Assembly: GCA_001784585.1 (NCBI GenBank) | Contig: MFRN01000013.1 | Span: forward strand, 93,894 to 157,893 | DNA: 64,000 bases | Direction: 5' to 3' | Source: Candidatus Melainabacteria bacterium RIFCSPLOWO2_02_FULL_35_15 | Lineage (GTDB): Bacteria; Cyanobacteriota; Vampirovibrionia; 2-02-FULL-35-15 | Part shown: piece after piece, positions 37,446 to 47,527 of the stretch | Layout of the letters: every line of letters starts with the position of its first letter | Position numbering within the stretch: position 1 is the stretch's first letter | The notes under the pieces: generated by a model | The model's input: only the letters and a program-made list of their open reading frames with translations | What the model was told of the DNA's origin: nothing | The model's database searches: none | Made by a program: the position numbers and the translations under genes

Positions 37446-38041
37446 GTCGTGAAAGAACTTGTTTTTTTGTTTCATCAATTGTATCTGAATTGTCTATAAC
37501 AAAATTTGATTTTTTAGTTTTTTCCTTAATCGGCAGCTGGGAATTTATTCTGAGTTTTATCTCATCCGGTGTGAATCCTTTTTTTAGCAACCTCTCCAGT
37601 TGAATTTCACTTTTACAGGTTACACACCAGATTTCATTGTAAAAGCTTTCTAAGTGACATTCAAATAACAGTGGAACTAAAACTGCAATTATGCTTTTAT
37701 CTTTGTTTTGTAAAATAAAATAATCTAATACTTTATTTACCTCAGGATGAAGAATTGATTCAAGTTTTTTTCTTTTTAAATCATCATTAAAAATTATTTT
37801 AGCTAAAGCTTTTCTGTTTATGTATTCGCCAGGTTTATTGATTATGATGCCAGCGCCAAATTCATTCTGAATCGTTAAAGTAATATTATTTTTTGTCTCT
37901 AAGATATTTTTAACTATCTCATCAGTATCAATTACAGTAATTCCTGCTCCTTCTAATATTTTTCCTGCTAAGCTTTTTCCTGTGCCAAATCCTCCGGTTA
38001 TTCCGATTAAGTAAGGAGAGTCAGATGCTAAAATGTTTTTC
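37393..38041 (-). CDS. coaE: Dephospho-CoA kinase
   Basis: P-loop GITGGFGTGKS. The track ORF extends to 38115, but the start is probably MKNILAS. Confidence 0.8.
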
Positions 38042-38063
38042 ATGACTTTAATTAAAACATAAG

Positions 38064-38966
38064 ATGAATTTAAAAAATAAAAGATGTAAAAAAGGTTATA
38101 GCTTAATAGAAACAATGGCAGTTCTTGCAGTACTTGGTATTGTCATGGGACTTTTATATGCGTATTCAAATAACGGCTGGAGATTGTTTTATCAGAGTTA
38201 TTCAAGAGGTTTATCCCAGGTAAAGTCCAGACTTGCAGTTAAAGTATTATCGGATGACCTGATGGATGCAAATAAAAACAGAGTCTCTATAGGCAGAGGG
38301 ACATCGTTTGGAGTTCCTTTACCGGATGATGTAAAGGATAGCTCTCCTTTTATTTACTTTACAAAGCCTGCATTTTATGAGCCAACCGGCGATGTGATTG
38401 CTTATGATTATGTTTTATACTATTTTGCAAAGCCTAAGCAAAGTATTGATTTTGAAGAAGTAAGTGCAAAAAGAAAATATGACAGTAACAAATATTTGAC
38501 TTTAAAAACACTCAGGTTTAAAAACCAGAGTAAAATCTACACAGAAGACAAGGAAAAGAAATGGCCGTTTTTACCTCCTATTCTGGAAATCTATAAATCC
38601 ACTCTTCCTGAAGACAATGAATTGATTGAAACTTTAACGCAATCCTCTTCTGCATCACTTACAACTAGTGGAACCAGCTCTGATACTTTTTCACCTGGTG
38701 GCTCTGCAGAGCAAAATAATAATTTATTTTTAGATCATTTTGCACAGTTAAAAGCAGTCCGCAGAAATATATCAGTAAGCAATAACTTTACTGCTAAAGC
38801 ACTTACTGATCCATTTACAAATGAACAAGCAGGTTTTATTTTTGGACAAGATTATAAAAATGATTTAATTGTAAAAATTAAAGTATCTGTAGAAGAAACA
38901 CCTTTATTTTTTGGTTTAATGGCAGTAATGTCTGAATTTGAAGTTAAAGTTACCCCACGAAATTAG
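38064..38966 (+). CDS. Type IV pilin-like (prepilin / minor pilin) protein, 300 aa
   Basis: N-terminal class III signal KKG|YSLIETMAVLAVLGIVMGL, a prepilin peptidase site with Glu+5. Confidence 0.6.
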   Translation: MNLKNKRCKKGYSLIETMAVLAVLGIVMGLLYAYSNNGWRLFYQSYSRGLSQVKSRLAVKVLSDDLMDANKNRVSIGRGTSFGVPLPDDVKDSSPFIYFTKPAFYEPTGDVIAYDYVLYYFAKPKQSIDFEEVSAKRKYDSNKYLTLKTLRFKNQSKIYTEDKEKKWPFLPPILEIYKSTLPEDNELIETLTQSSSASLTTSGTSSDTFSPGGSAEQNNNLFLDHFAQLKAVRRNISVSNNFTAKALTDPFTNEQAGFIFGQDYKNDLIVKIKVSVEETPLFFGLMAVMSEFEVKVTPRN

Positions 38967-38989
38967 TAGTGGTATGGCATGCTGCGCCA

Positions 38990-39754
38990 CTACATTTGTC
39001 CGATCAGCCTGTGCACCTGAGGAATCACCCGGATTTTCGGATAAATATTCAGCAGCTCTTTTTGAATCTTTAATAACTCTAATTCATCCGGCGGGGTTAT
39101 ACTGTTTGTTTTAGTAACAGGCTGAAGAAAAATTTCCGGATTATTTTTTTTGTAAACAGATTTAATCAGGTTAATTGAATAAATAAGTTCATCCGGTAAA
39201 GTTTCATTGGTGATTACAATTTTTATCCAGATATTTTGAAGATTCTTTGCTTTGGCTGAGACTTCTAAAAATTCTTTATGTTTATCCCACAGAATCCCGG
39301 TATTGGCTGAAGATGGTAGTTTAAAATCCATTGAGATATAATCTAAAAAATTAATTATTTTGTTCAGTTCTTTTGGTCTGTGTCCACCTGATTCTAAATA
39401 AACGGGCAGAGAAATCTCTTTTTTTAAACGTGGAAGAAAAATATTTAAAAAATCAGAATATAAGAGAGGTTCTCCTCCGGTTAAAGAAATACTGTGATGT
39501 AATTCCGGTGATAGTAGCTTAATGTGTGATAAAAGATCATTAATGTTTATGGGGTTTTTAATTCTATGAAATGTTCTTGTGCCAGCTATTTTTTCAATGG
39601 TGCAAAACTCGTTTTTAATCAAGCTTTCAGGTGTGTCACACCAGATGCAGTGCAGATCACAAATACTAAATCTTGCAAATATTTGACGAATTCCCGTTAG
39701 CGGACCTTCGCCCTGAATTGCTGAATATATTTCGCTTAGATAAGCATTAGTCAT
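38990..39754 (-). CDS. queE: 7-carboxy-7-deazaguanine synthase (radical SAM)
   Basis: CDLHCIWCD cluster motif and the QueE length. Confidence 0.8.
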   Translation of the reverse strand: MTNAYLSEIYSAIQGEGPLTGIRQIFARFSICDLHCIWCDTPESLIKNEFCTIEKIAGTRTFHRIKNPININDLLSHIKLLSPELHHSISLTGGEPLLYSDFLNIFLPRLKKEISLPVYLESGGHRPKELNKIINFLDYISMDFKLPSSANTGILWDKHKEFLEVSAKAKNLQNIWIKIVITNETLPDELIYSINLIKSVYKKNNPEIFLQPVTKTNSITPPDELELLKIQKELLNIYPKIRVIPQVHRLIGQM

Positions 39755-39865
39755 GACTTACGCATCTTTCATACCAATTAAACTGGCGCGTCAGCCAGTT
39801 TTAAACATGCTATCTTTGCGTCATGTAAATAAACCATAGTTTATTAATTCTAACTTACGTCCTCT

Positions 39866-40930
39866 TTGTTTGCTAAAATACTTCTAATGAAACCAAGGAC
39901 TGGTATATTAGGCGCTACAGGTTATACAGGTGTAATACTTACCAGGCTTCTTTTAGATCATCCTGAAGTGGAAATTAGTTATTTGTCTTCTGAACAACAT
40001 GCCGGAAAATATTTTTATGAGGTTTATCCGAATTTTACCGGAAGATTTGACGGAAGGCTAAAGAGTGTTAATTTAAAAGATATTTCAGAAAGTTGTGATG
40101 TGGTGTTTTGTGCTACTCCGAACGGTTTTGCCTGTGACTTTGTGCCAAAACTTTTAAATAAAAATAATAATATAAAAATTATAGATTTAAGTGCGGATTT
40201 CAGACTGGAAAAAAATATAAGGTCAGGGAAAAAACAGGATTTAAAAATTGCATATGGACTTCCGGAAATCAGGAGGACTGAAATAAAATCTTCAAGAATA
40301 ATTGCTAATCCTGGCTGCTATCCGACATCTGTCATTCTTGCGCTGGCACCGGTTATTAAAAATAAAATAATCGATTTAAATTCTATTATTATTGATTCTA
40401 AATCAGGTGTCAGCGGGGCAGGTAAACAGCTAAAACCAGAATTACAGTTTTGTGAAATAAATGAATCATTTGCTCCGTATAATCTGGCCGGTAAACACAG
40501 GCATATTCCTGAAATTGAAAACGAATTACGCCGGCTTTCAGGTTTTGCTGAAAAATTTAATGTAATTTTTTCTCCTCACCTGATACCTGTAAACAGAGGG
40601 ATACTAAGTACAATTTATGTTAATTTATTAGGGAGCTGGAAAAAAAGTTTAAGCCAGGAAGAGATTTACAAGCTTTATAAAGATTATTATAAAAATGAAT
40701 ATTTTGTTAAGATTCTGCCGGAGGCTTTTTATGCTAATACAAGGAATGTAAAATATACAAATTTTTGTCATATAACCCCGATAAAAGATGAAAGAACCAA
40801 CAGGTTGATTTTAATTAGTGCTATAGACAATATGGTTAAAGGTGCTTCCGGTCAGGCTATCCAGAATATGAATATAATTTTATCTTTAAAGGAAAATATG
40901 GGACTTGATAGTGTAGGTGAAATACCCTAA
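39866..40930 (+). CDS. argC: N-acetyl-gamma-glutamyl-phosphate reductase
   Basis: GATGYTG NAD motif and the catalytic Cys in ANPGCYPT. Confidence 0.85.
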   Translation: MFAKILLMKPRTGILGATGYTGVILTRLLLDHPEVEISYLSSEQHAGKYFYEVYPNFTGRFDGRLKSVNLKDISESCDVVFCATPNGFACDFVPKLLNKNNNIKIIDLSADFRLEKNIRSGKKQDLKIAYGLPEIRRTEIKSSRIIANPGCYPTSVILALAPVIKNKIIDLNSIIIDSKSGVSGAGKQLKPELQFCEINESFAPYNLAGKHRHIPEIENELRRLSGFAEKFNVIFSPHLIPVNRGILSTIYVNLLGSWKKSLSQEEIYKLYKDYYKNEYFVKILPEAFYANTRNVKYTNFCHITPIKDERTNRLILISAIDNMVKGASGQAIQNMNIILSLKENMGLDSVGEIP

Positions 40931-40986
40931 GATGGCTATTAGCTGTTAGCCATTAGCTTTTAGCCGGAAATAGCTAAAATAAATAA

Positions 40987-42855
40987 ATGACCCTCCACAT
41001 TAAAAACTTTCAAGAACTTGTATCCCAGATAAAAGCCCAGATCCCGATTCATGAGCTTATTTCAGAATATGTTTCTATTAAAAAATCAGGACGCGGTTAT
41101 GTGGCTTTATGTCCTTTTCATGACGATCATCATCCTTCAATGCATATAAATCCTGACAAAGGTATATTTAAATGTTTCTCATGCGGGACAGGCGGAGATT
41201 TGATTTATTTTTATTCCCAGATAAATAAGAAGAAGTGGTCAGAAGCCATGACTGATATTGCTACAAAATATGGTTTTAAGATTGAATATAGCGATGAAAA
41301 TAAACCAGAAACCCAGATTAAAGATAAGCTATATGAACTTAATAAAGTTGCTTTGGATTTTTTCAGGAAAAATTTGTTTTCCAAAAGTGGCGATGAAGCA
41401 TTAAATTATTTGATAAATATAAGAGGGTTTTCCAAGGAAATAATTAATAAATATGAAATTGGTTTTGCATTAAACAGCTGGGATGCGTTGTTATTATACC
41501 TTTCAAGAGAAAAACAATATCCTCAGGAATTGATTATTGCTTCAGGATTATTTGTGCCAAGGGAAAACTCAAACGGTTACTACGACCGGTTCAGAAACAG
41601 AGTTATAGTTCCTATACTGAGTGAAAATAATCATGTGATTGGCTTTGGCGGCAGAACAGTAACAAATGAAGAACCAAAATATCTTAATTCACCTGAGACC
41701 CTGGTCTTTAATAAAGGAAGCATTTTATACGGTTTAAATTTTGCAAAAGATGAAATTAAAAAATCCGGTTATGTGATTTTAACCGAAGGATACTTTGATG
41801 TAATTTCAGCGCATCAGTATGGGCTGTTAAATACAGTTGCTACTCTGGGTACTGCACTTACACCTTATCAGGCAAGATTGCTTGGGAAATATACAGAGTC
41901 TAAAAAAGTCTGCCTTTGTATGGATTCTGATAATGCTGGTAAAAAAGCAGTTGAAAGTATTTTTAGACTCATAAACAGCGCTGATAATAACATCTTACTT
42001 GATGTAGGAGTGGTACCTGATTTGGGTGCAAAGGATCTGGACGAAGCTTTAAAATTAAATAATTTACCGGAGCTAAAAAACAAAATTGAACGTGTCCAGA
42101 GATTAATATATTTTGTATTGGACGGTGGAATAAAAAGATACATTTCGGCTCAGAGCGATTTCGAAAAAAAATCCATTCTGGATGAACTCTTACAAACTAT
42201 TATTGATCTAAGAGATCCGCTTGAACAAAATGATTGTATTAAGTATATTTCTCATAGTTTGAAAATTGAAGAGGGGCTGTTAAATCTCAAAGTAAAAGAT
42301 AAATCAAAAACTGCAAAGAAAAGATTTACAAGAAGTCAAAAACCAGACCCCGGCTTAAAAAATAATAATGAAGAACAATATACAATGCATTCAATAGAAA
42401 GATTTAAACATGCTGAAGTCGAGCTTCTTACTTTATATGTAAGCTCGTTTCCATATAGCAGCAAAGAAATTCAAACCGAGTTAAACAAAATTCAGTTTAT
42501 TGATGAAAAGCACCAGTTAGTTAAAGACTTTCTGGATAATATTTCACAGGAAGAAATTACCCCGGACAAAGTTATAAATGCATTAGTTCAGGAGTTCAAT
42601 GAATACAGGCATATAATGGCTACTGTTTCTGATCTTGCCTGGAGGATTGAATCTGATCTTGTTTTAAGTTATTCTAAAAACAAGGCAAAAATTTTATCTG
42701 AAGCAAAAGAGTGGATAAACTGGTGGATTAATAACAAACAAAAATTAAAATCTCTTACAGAAATGTTAAAGGATTGCAAGAATATTACAGAAGAGTCAAA
42801 TATCCTTTTAGAGATGATGAAAATAGTAAAAGATTCAAAAAAGGTTAATGGTTAA
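40987..42855 (+). CDS. dnaG: DNA primase
   Basis: CHC2 zinc finger (CPFHDDHHPS...CFSCG) and a TOPRIM domain. Confidence 0.85.
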   Translation: MTLHIKNFQELVSQIKAQIPIHELISEYVSIKKSGRGYVALCPFHDDHHPSMHINPDKGIFKCFSCGTGGDLIYFYSQINKKKWSEAMTDIATKYGFKIEYSDENKPETQIKDKLYELNKVALDFFRKNLFSKSGDEALNYLINIRGFSKEIINKYEIGFALNSWDALLLYLSREKQYPQELIIASGLFVPRENSNGYYDRFRNRVIVPILSENNHVIGFGGRTVTNEEPKYLNSPETLVFNKGSILYGLNFAKDEIKKSGYVILTEGYFDVISAHQYGLLNTVATLGTALTPYQARLLGKYTESKKVCLCMDSDNAGKKAVESIFRLINSADNNILLDVGVVPDLGAKDLDEALKLNNLPELKNKIERVQRLIYFVLDGGIKRYISAQSDFEKKSILDELLQTIIDLRDPLEQNDCIKYISHSLKIEEGLLNLKVKDKSKTAKKRFTRSQKPDPGLKNNNEEQYTMHSIERFKHAEVELLTLYVSSFPYSSKEIQTELNKIQFIDEKHQLVKDFLDNISQEEITPDKVINALVQEFNEYRHIMATVSDLAWRIESDLVLSYSKNKAKILSEAKEWINWWINNKQKLKSLTEMLKDCKNITEESNILLEMMKIVKDSKKVNG

Positions 42856-43810
42856 TATGAAACTTGCTGTTTTATTTCCAGGACAGGGTTCTCAAAAAGT
42901 TGGTATGGGACTTGATTTGCTTGATAAAGCTCCTCTTGCAAAAGAGTTATTTTATAAGGTTGATAGTATAACAGGAAGAAAAGTCAGTGAAATATTTTTA
43001 CAAGGACCGGAAAACGAATTAAACCAGACTAAAAATACTCAGGTGGCTATTGTTATTATTTCTGTTTTGCTGACACTTTTATTAAAAGATGAATTAAAAA
43101 AGAAAAATCTGAACTTTACACCGAATGCATGTTGCGGACATAGTCTTGGAGAATTTACTGCTCTCTGGTTTTGCGGATTATTATCTCTTGATGATTTAAT
43201 AAAAATTGTTTCTATTCGTGGAAACTTAATGCAAAATTCACCTGATGGTTCTATGGCTGCAGTTTTAAATCTTACAAAAGAACAAACTGAAGACTTGTTA
43301 AGTTCAGATGATTTAAAAAACAAAATTGTAATTGCAAACTATAACAGCCCGACACAGCTGGTAATTTCCGGTGAAAGAGCTGCTATTGAAGAGATAGTGC
43401 CTAAAGTCAAGTCTCTGGGCGGAAAAGCAATTGTTTTGCCTGTAAGCGGCGCATTTCATTCACCACTTATGAATTTACCGTCAAAAGAATTTACAAAAGA
43501 ACTTGATAAATTACAAACCAGTTCTAATATAAATATTCCAATTTTTCAAAATGTCGATGGTAAGCCAAGCACTGATATTAAGCAGATAAAAGAAAAAATT
43601 AAAAAGCAAATGACATCACCGGTTATGTGGACTCAGACAGTTAATAACCTTGCTGGTGCCGGAATAAACACTGTGATTGAAATCGGGCCTGGAAAAGTTT
43701 TAACCGGACTTGTAAAAAAGATTAATCCGGATATAATTTGTTATAGTATTTGTGATTATGCTTCAATGATTGATTTTGTCCTTTCTAATAACTCTTTAGT
43801 GGGCGCATGA
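42848..43810 (+). CDS. fabD: Malonyl-CoA:ACP transacylase
   Basis: FPGQGSQ and GHSLGE active-site motifs. Confidence 0.85.
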   Translation: MVNMKLAVLFPGQGSQKVGMGLDLLDKAPLAKELFYKVDSITGRKVSEIFLQGPENELNQTKNTQVAIVIISVLLTLLLKDELKKKNLNFTPNACCGHSLGEFTALWFCGLLSLDDLIKIVSIRGNLMQNSPDGSMAAVLNLTKEQTEDLLSSDDLKNKIVIANYNSPTQLVISGERAAIEEIVPKVKSLGGKAIVLPVSGAFHSPLMNLPSKEFTKELDKLQTSSNINIPIFQNVDGKPSTDIKQIKEKIKKQMTSPVMWTQTVNNLAGAGINTVIEIGPGKVLTGLVKKINPDIICYSICDYASMIDFVLSNNSLVGA

Positions 43811-44508
43811 TCCGGTAAAAACAGCCGGGCATTTTCCAGCATTGCCAGGGCATCATATGCAGAGCCCTTCTGTAAGTATAGTTTTCCAAGTACAAAATAT
43901 ATTTCACCGTCATACTGATTTCTTTGAATTGAATTATTTAGTAAGGACAGGGCATTCTCTAAATCACCAAAGTGAAAATATGCATAACCTGTAAGTTTTT
44001 CACTGTCCAGATTTATTTCGAGTAATTTATTTAAGTTTTTGATGATTAAATTAATATAAGGTTGATTTTTTGATCGAAGTAACAAATAAACAGTTAATTC
44101 CAGGAAGTGCCTTATCTCAAAAAATGACGGATACTTCCGGGTTATATCCTCTTCTGTAAACAGCTCTGCAAGAAACTCACACCAGAACTTTGCAGGTGAA
44201 TCCGGGGTATTAACCAGTACTTCTCTTGCTTGCTGAATTTCCTTTAGTAATATCAGTGAAAAGGCAATGCCGGCTAAATTATTTGCCTTAATATACAGGT
44301 TTCTTGCAAGTTCAAATTTTCCCAGGGTTAAACAGATATCAGCAATGTTTTGAAATTGATTGATTTTAAAATTTTGTAAATCCTTTAATAAATTTTCAAT
44401 AGCTTGTTCTGCCTCATTAAATCTGTCTTCATTAATAAATTTAAAGGCTTTGAAAATTTCTTTGTCTACAGAATCAAGATCATACATAATTGTAATAGGA
44501 TATGTCAC
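43756..44508 (-). CDS. TPR-repeat protein
   Basis: Repeated 34-residue TPR-like units. 250 aa. Confidence 0.55.
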   Translation of the reverse strand: MTYPITIMYDLDSVDKEIFKAFKFINEDRFNEAEQAIENLLKDLQNFKINQFQNIADICLTLGKFELARNLYIKANNLAGIAFSLILLKEIQQAREVLVNTPDSPAKFWCEFLAELFTEEDITRKYPSFFEIRHFLELTVYLLLRSKNQPYINLIIKNLNKLLEINLDSEKLTGYAYFHFGDLENALSLLNNSIQRNQYDGEIYFVLGKLYLQKGSAYDALAMLENARLFLPDHAPTKELLERTKSIIEA

Positions 44509-45233
44509 AGACTATAAAAAAAGCAATAACCAATAACGAGAAAGCTTTATACGTAAACCGAATGTTTGCTGAAATTGCTCACAAATATGATCTTTTGAAT
44601 AATTTAATGACATTGGGTTTACATAGTAAATGGAAAGAAGAAGCTATTGATTTAGTATTGAAAGAAATTGATTGCCCTAAACTGGCTCTGGACTTATGTT
44701 CCGGAACAGGTGATCTGGCAGTAAGTTTAAATAGTAAAATTCCACAAATCAAAATCACCTGTGTTGATAACTGTCCCGAGATGCTTGAGATCGCAAAAAA
44801 TAAAACAAAAAATTTGAAAATTAAAAATATTGACTTTTTAGAAGCAGACTGTGAAAATCTGCCGTTTTACTCCTGGTCATTTGACATTGTTACTGTAGGA
44901 TTTGGTCTTAGAAATCTTGTAAATAAAGAAAAATGCCTGAAGAATGTCTTTGACTTTTTAAAACCAGGAGGCGTGTTTGCCTGTGTTGATCTTGCTTACC
45001 CGGTAAACTCTTTATGGCAAAGGTTATATTTTTTCTATTTCTATAATTTTGTTCCTAAGTTAGGTGAACTCTTTGCAAAGAATAAAGAAGCATACACATA
45101 TCTTCCAGTGTCTCTTAAGACCTGGTACAGGCAGGAAGAATTAAAAAAATTAATTTTACAAACCGGATTTAAAAAATGTTATTTTAAAAATTTATTGGGT
45201 GGTGTAATAGCAATTCATGTAGCAGTGAAATGA
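44502..45233 (+). CDS. ubiE: Demethylmenaquinone / ubiquinone biosynthesis C-methyltransferase
   Basis: UbiE/MenG family pattern (YDLLNNLMTLGLHSKWK, LDLCSGTGD). Confidence 0.8.
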   Translation: MSQTIKKAITNNEKALYVNRMFAEIAHKYDLLNNLMTLGLHSKWKEEAIDLVLKEIDCPKLALDLCSGTGDLAVSLNSKIPQIKITCVDNCPEMLEIAKNKTKNLKIKNIDFLEADCENLPFYSWSFDIVTVGFGLRNLVNKEKCLKNVFDFLKPGGVFACVDLAYPVNSLWQRLYFFYFYNFVPKLGELFAKNKEAYTYLPVSLKTWYRQEELKKLILQTGFKKCYFKNLLGGVIAIHVAVK

Positions 45234-45238
45234 ATCAT

Positions 45239-46447
45239 TTAACGCCCGTAACATTTTCTCAAATAATTTTTATAATTGTCAGAAATATCATTAACATTAT
45301 CAGTTCCAAATTTTTCTAACAAAGCATCTGCCAAAACATATGCAAGCATTGACTCCAGTACTACACCTGCTGCCGGGACTACGCAGATATCAGATCTTTC
45401 AAAATGTGCCCGAGTATTTGATTTTGACTTTATGTCTACTGAGTCAAGTGGTTTTATAAGTGTAGGTATTGGTTTTGCAGCAACAGTACAAACAATTGGC
45501 TGACCGTTTGACATACCGCCTTCAATACCTCCTGAATTATTTGTTTTTCTTTTATAACGAAGCCTGTCACCTTTCCAGTTTTCATCTGTATAAATTTGAT
45601 CATGAACCTGGGAGCCGTAAAGCTCTGAAACCAGCTTGCCAAGACCGATCTCGATGGATTTGACAGTGTGTACAGAGGCCAGTGCTCCTGCAATTCTTCC
45701 ATTTAATCTTTTATCCCACTGTGAATATGAGCCAAGTCCTACAGGAACTCCTGTAGCTACTACCTGAATAAGCCCGCCCAAAGTATCTCCCTGAGTCCTT
45801 GCAGTATCAATAGCTTTTTTCATTTGTTCTGAAACATCCGGATCCGGACATCGGAGAGAAGATACTTCAGCTTTTGAAAATAAAGCTTCATAATCGTTTC
45901 CAAGAGTTTTAATATTTACATAAGCTGAACCAATTCTTAAAACGTAACTTAAAACCTTTATGTTAAATTGTTTAAGTAATTTTTTACAAATAGCACCGAC
46001 TACAACACGGCTTGTGGTCTCTCTGGCACTGGATCTTTCAAGCACATCTCTTACATCTTCATGTCCGTATTTTACAGCTCCGGGTAAATCAGCATGCCCG
46101 GGTCTTACGCAGGAAATATATTTTGATTCAATTTCTCTTTTTATTTCAGGATTGCTTAAATCCTGAGGTACCGGTGACATAGCAATATCCCAGTTTTTAA
46201 AGTCATTATTAAATAATTTTACTGAAACTGGTCCGCCAATGGTTTTACCCAGCCTGACTCCACCGGTAAATAAAGTTTGATCTTTTTCAATTTTCATCCT
46301 GCCGCCGCGGCCATAGTTGCCTTGCCTGCGGAATAAGTCAATATTTACATCTTCAGGCAGAAGCTCTAATCCTGCCGGAACACCGTCCAGGATTATGTTT
46401 AACTCAGGTCCATGTGATTCACCTGCTGTAAGAAATCTAATTGGCAT
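45239..46447 (-). CDS. aroC: Chorismate synthase
   Basis: AroC signature motifs (GESHG, RPGHAD, SARETT). Confidence 0.9.
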   Translation of the reverse strand: MPIRFLTAGESHGPELNIILDGVPAGLELLPEDVNIDLFRRQGNYGRGGRMKIEKDQTLFTGGVRLGKTIGGPVSVKLFNNDFKNWDIAMSPVPQDLSNPEIKREIESKYISCVRPGHADLPGAVKYGHEDVRDVLERSSARETTSRVVVGAICKKLLKQFNIKVLSYVLRIGSAYVNIKTLGNDYEALFSKAEVSSLRCPDPDVSEQMKKAIDTARTQGDTLGGLIQVVATGVPVGLGSYSQWDKRLNGRIAGALASVHTVKSIEIGLGKLVSELYGSQVHDQIYTDENWKGDRLRYKRKTNNSGGIEGGMSNGQPIVCTVAAKPIPTLIKPLDSVDIKSKSNTRAHFERSDICVVPAAGVVLESMLAYVLADALLEKFGTDNVNDISDNYKNYLRKCYGR

Positions 46448-46461
46448 GTGTGTTATACGTC

Positions 46462-46486
46462 AGAGACGCCCCGTCGGAGCGTCTCT
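46462..46486. other. GC-rich hairpin AGAGACGC-N9-GCGTCTCT between the 218-aa gene stop and the aroC start
   Basis: An 8-bp GC-rich inverted repeat. The T-run lies on the plus strand only. It may be an attenuator or RNA-stability element. Confidence 0.3.
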
Positions 46487-46487
46487 C

Positions 46488-47144
46488 CTATTTTGCAATC
46501 CATCTGAGAATATGCTTCCATCCGTTTAAAAATAAGATTCTTCTTTCAAGAGCCTCTTCAAAAAACAATCTGTCATGGACTGAAAGATTGGGGTTTCTTA
46601 AACGCAGTCTTAAGGAGGAAACCTTTTTTGAATCCATTGATATTTGTCTTTCTACATATCTGTAATTAAACCCTCTTCTTCTTGGAGCTTCTTCCCGGCA
46701 CCGTTCTTCCTGAATACCTGTAGTTAGGGATGTATCTTCGCTTACTTCTTCTTCAGAAGCCTCAGCTGTTCCATTTGTATCAGTTTCATTTTCAGACTCA
46801 TCTTTTAGATTTGTTTCTTCTTCAGGATCTTCAGGTGTTTTTTCTTGGTTTTTTTCTTCTTCTTTTTTTGTGGTAGCCGTTTCTTCGATTTCATCCAGTA
46901 TTGTTTTTGAGGGTTCCTGACTTTTTAATTCTTTAATTTCCTGAATGGTAAGTCCATTTGCTCTAAGTTTTGCTATTTCCTGAAGCGCCTGCAATGTTTC
47001 CTGTAAGATAGTAGCTTTAGTACCGCTACCACTGGATGGTAAATCAAAATCCTTTAAGTATTTTTTAACAGTAGATTCTGAAATGTCTAATTCATTTGCA
47101 GCTTCTTTTATGGTTATTTCTTTTGTTTCTGTTTGTTTAGGCAT
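46488..47144 (-). CDS. HTH (MerR-like) protein with an acidic linker and a basic C-terminal domain
   Basis: N-terminal [21 protein letters not shown] helix-turn-helix, a Glu/Asp/Thr-rich middle, and an Arg-rich C-terminus. Confidence 0.4.
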   Translation of the reverse strand: MPKQTETKEITIKEAANELDISESTVKKYLKDFDLPSSGSGTKATILQETLQALQEIAKLRANGLTIQEIKELKSQEPSKTILDEIEETATTKKEEEKNQEKTPEDPEEETNLKDESENETDTNGTAEASEEEVSEDTSLTTGIQEERCREEAPRRRGFNYRYVERQISMDSKKVSSLRLRLRNPNLSVHDRLFFEEALERRILFLNGWKHILRWIAK

Positions 47145-47167
47145 ATGTCTATTATAATAGTAAAGTT

Positions 47168-47527
47168 ATGAAAGACAATAAAGTAAATCTTGAGACCTTT
47201 CCTAATAAATACCCAAAAAGAGGCTATACAATAACCATTACTTGTCCTGAATTTACTTCTGTATGCCCTAAAACAGGGCAGCCTGACTTTGGGACAATAA
47301 TTATTGAATATATACCTGATAAGCTCTGCATTGAGTTAAAGTCACTAAAATATTATCTTTTAAAGTATAGAAATGAAGGTATTTTTTATGAGTATGTAGT
47401 AAATAAAATTCTTGATGATCTACTAAAGGTATTAAAACCAAAACAAATTACTGTCACTGGAAACTTTACAGCCCGGGGTGGAATTAGTACAAGTGTGGTT
47501 TCGAAGTATTTAAAAAAAAGAAATTAA
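47168..47527 (+). CDS. queF: NADPH-dependent 7-cyano-7-deazaguanine reductase (unimodular)
   Basis: QueF motif ELKSLKYYL and the catalytic Cys in [11 protein letters not shown]. Confidence 0.8.
   Translation: MKDNKVNLETFPNKYPKRGYTITITCPEFTSVCPKTGQPDFGTIIIEYIPDKLCIELKSLKYYLLKYRNEGIFYEYVVNKILDDLLKVLKPKQITVTGNFTARGGISTSVVSKYLKKRN

Noticed and set aside
39755-39865. Possible preQ1 riboswitch in the queE 5' leader. On the minus strand there is a hairpin AAACTGGC-tgacgc-GCCAGTTT upstream of the start.
   Set aside because: The loop is too short and lacks the conserved residues. The 3' tail is not the A-rich AAAAAACUA-type tail of preQ1-I. No convincing class match.
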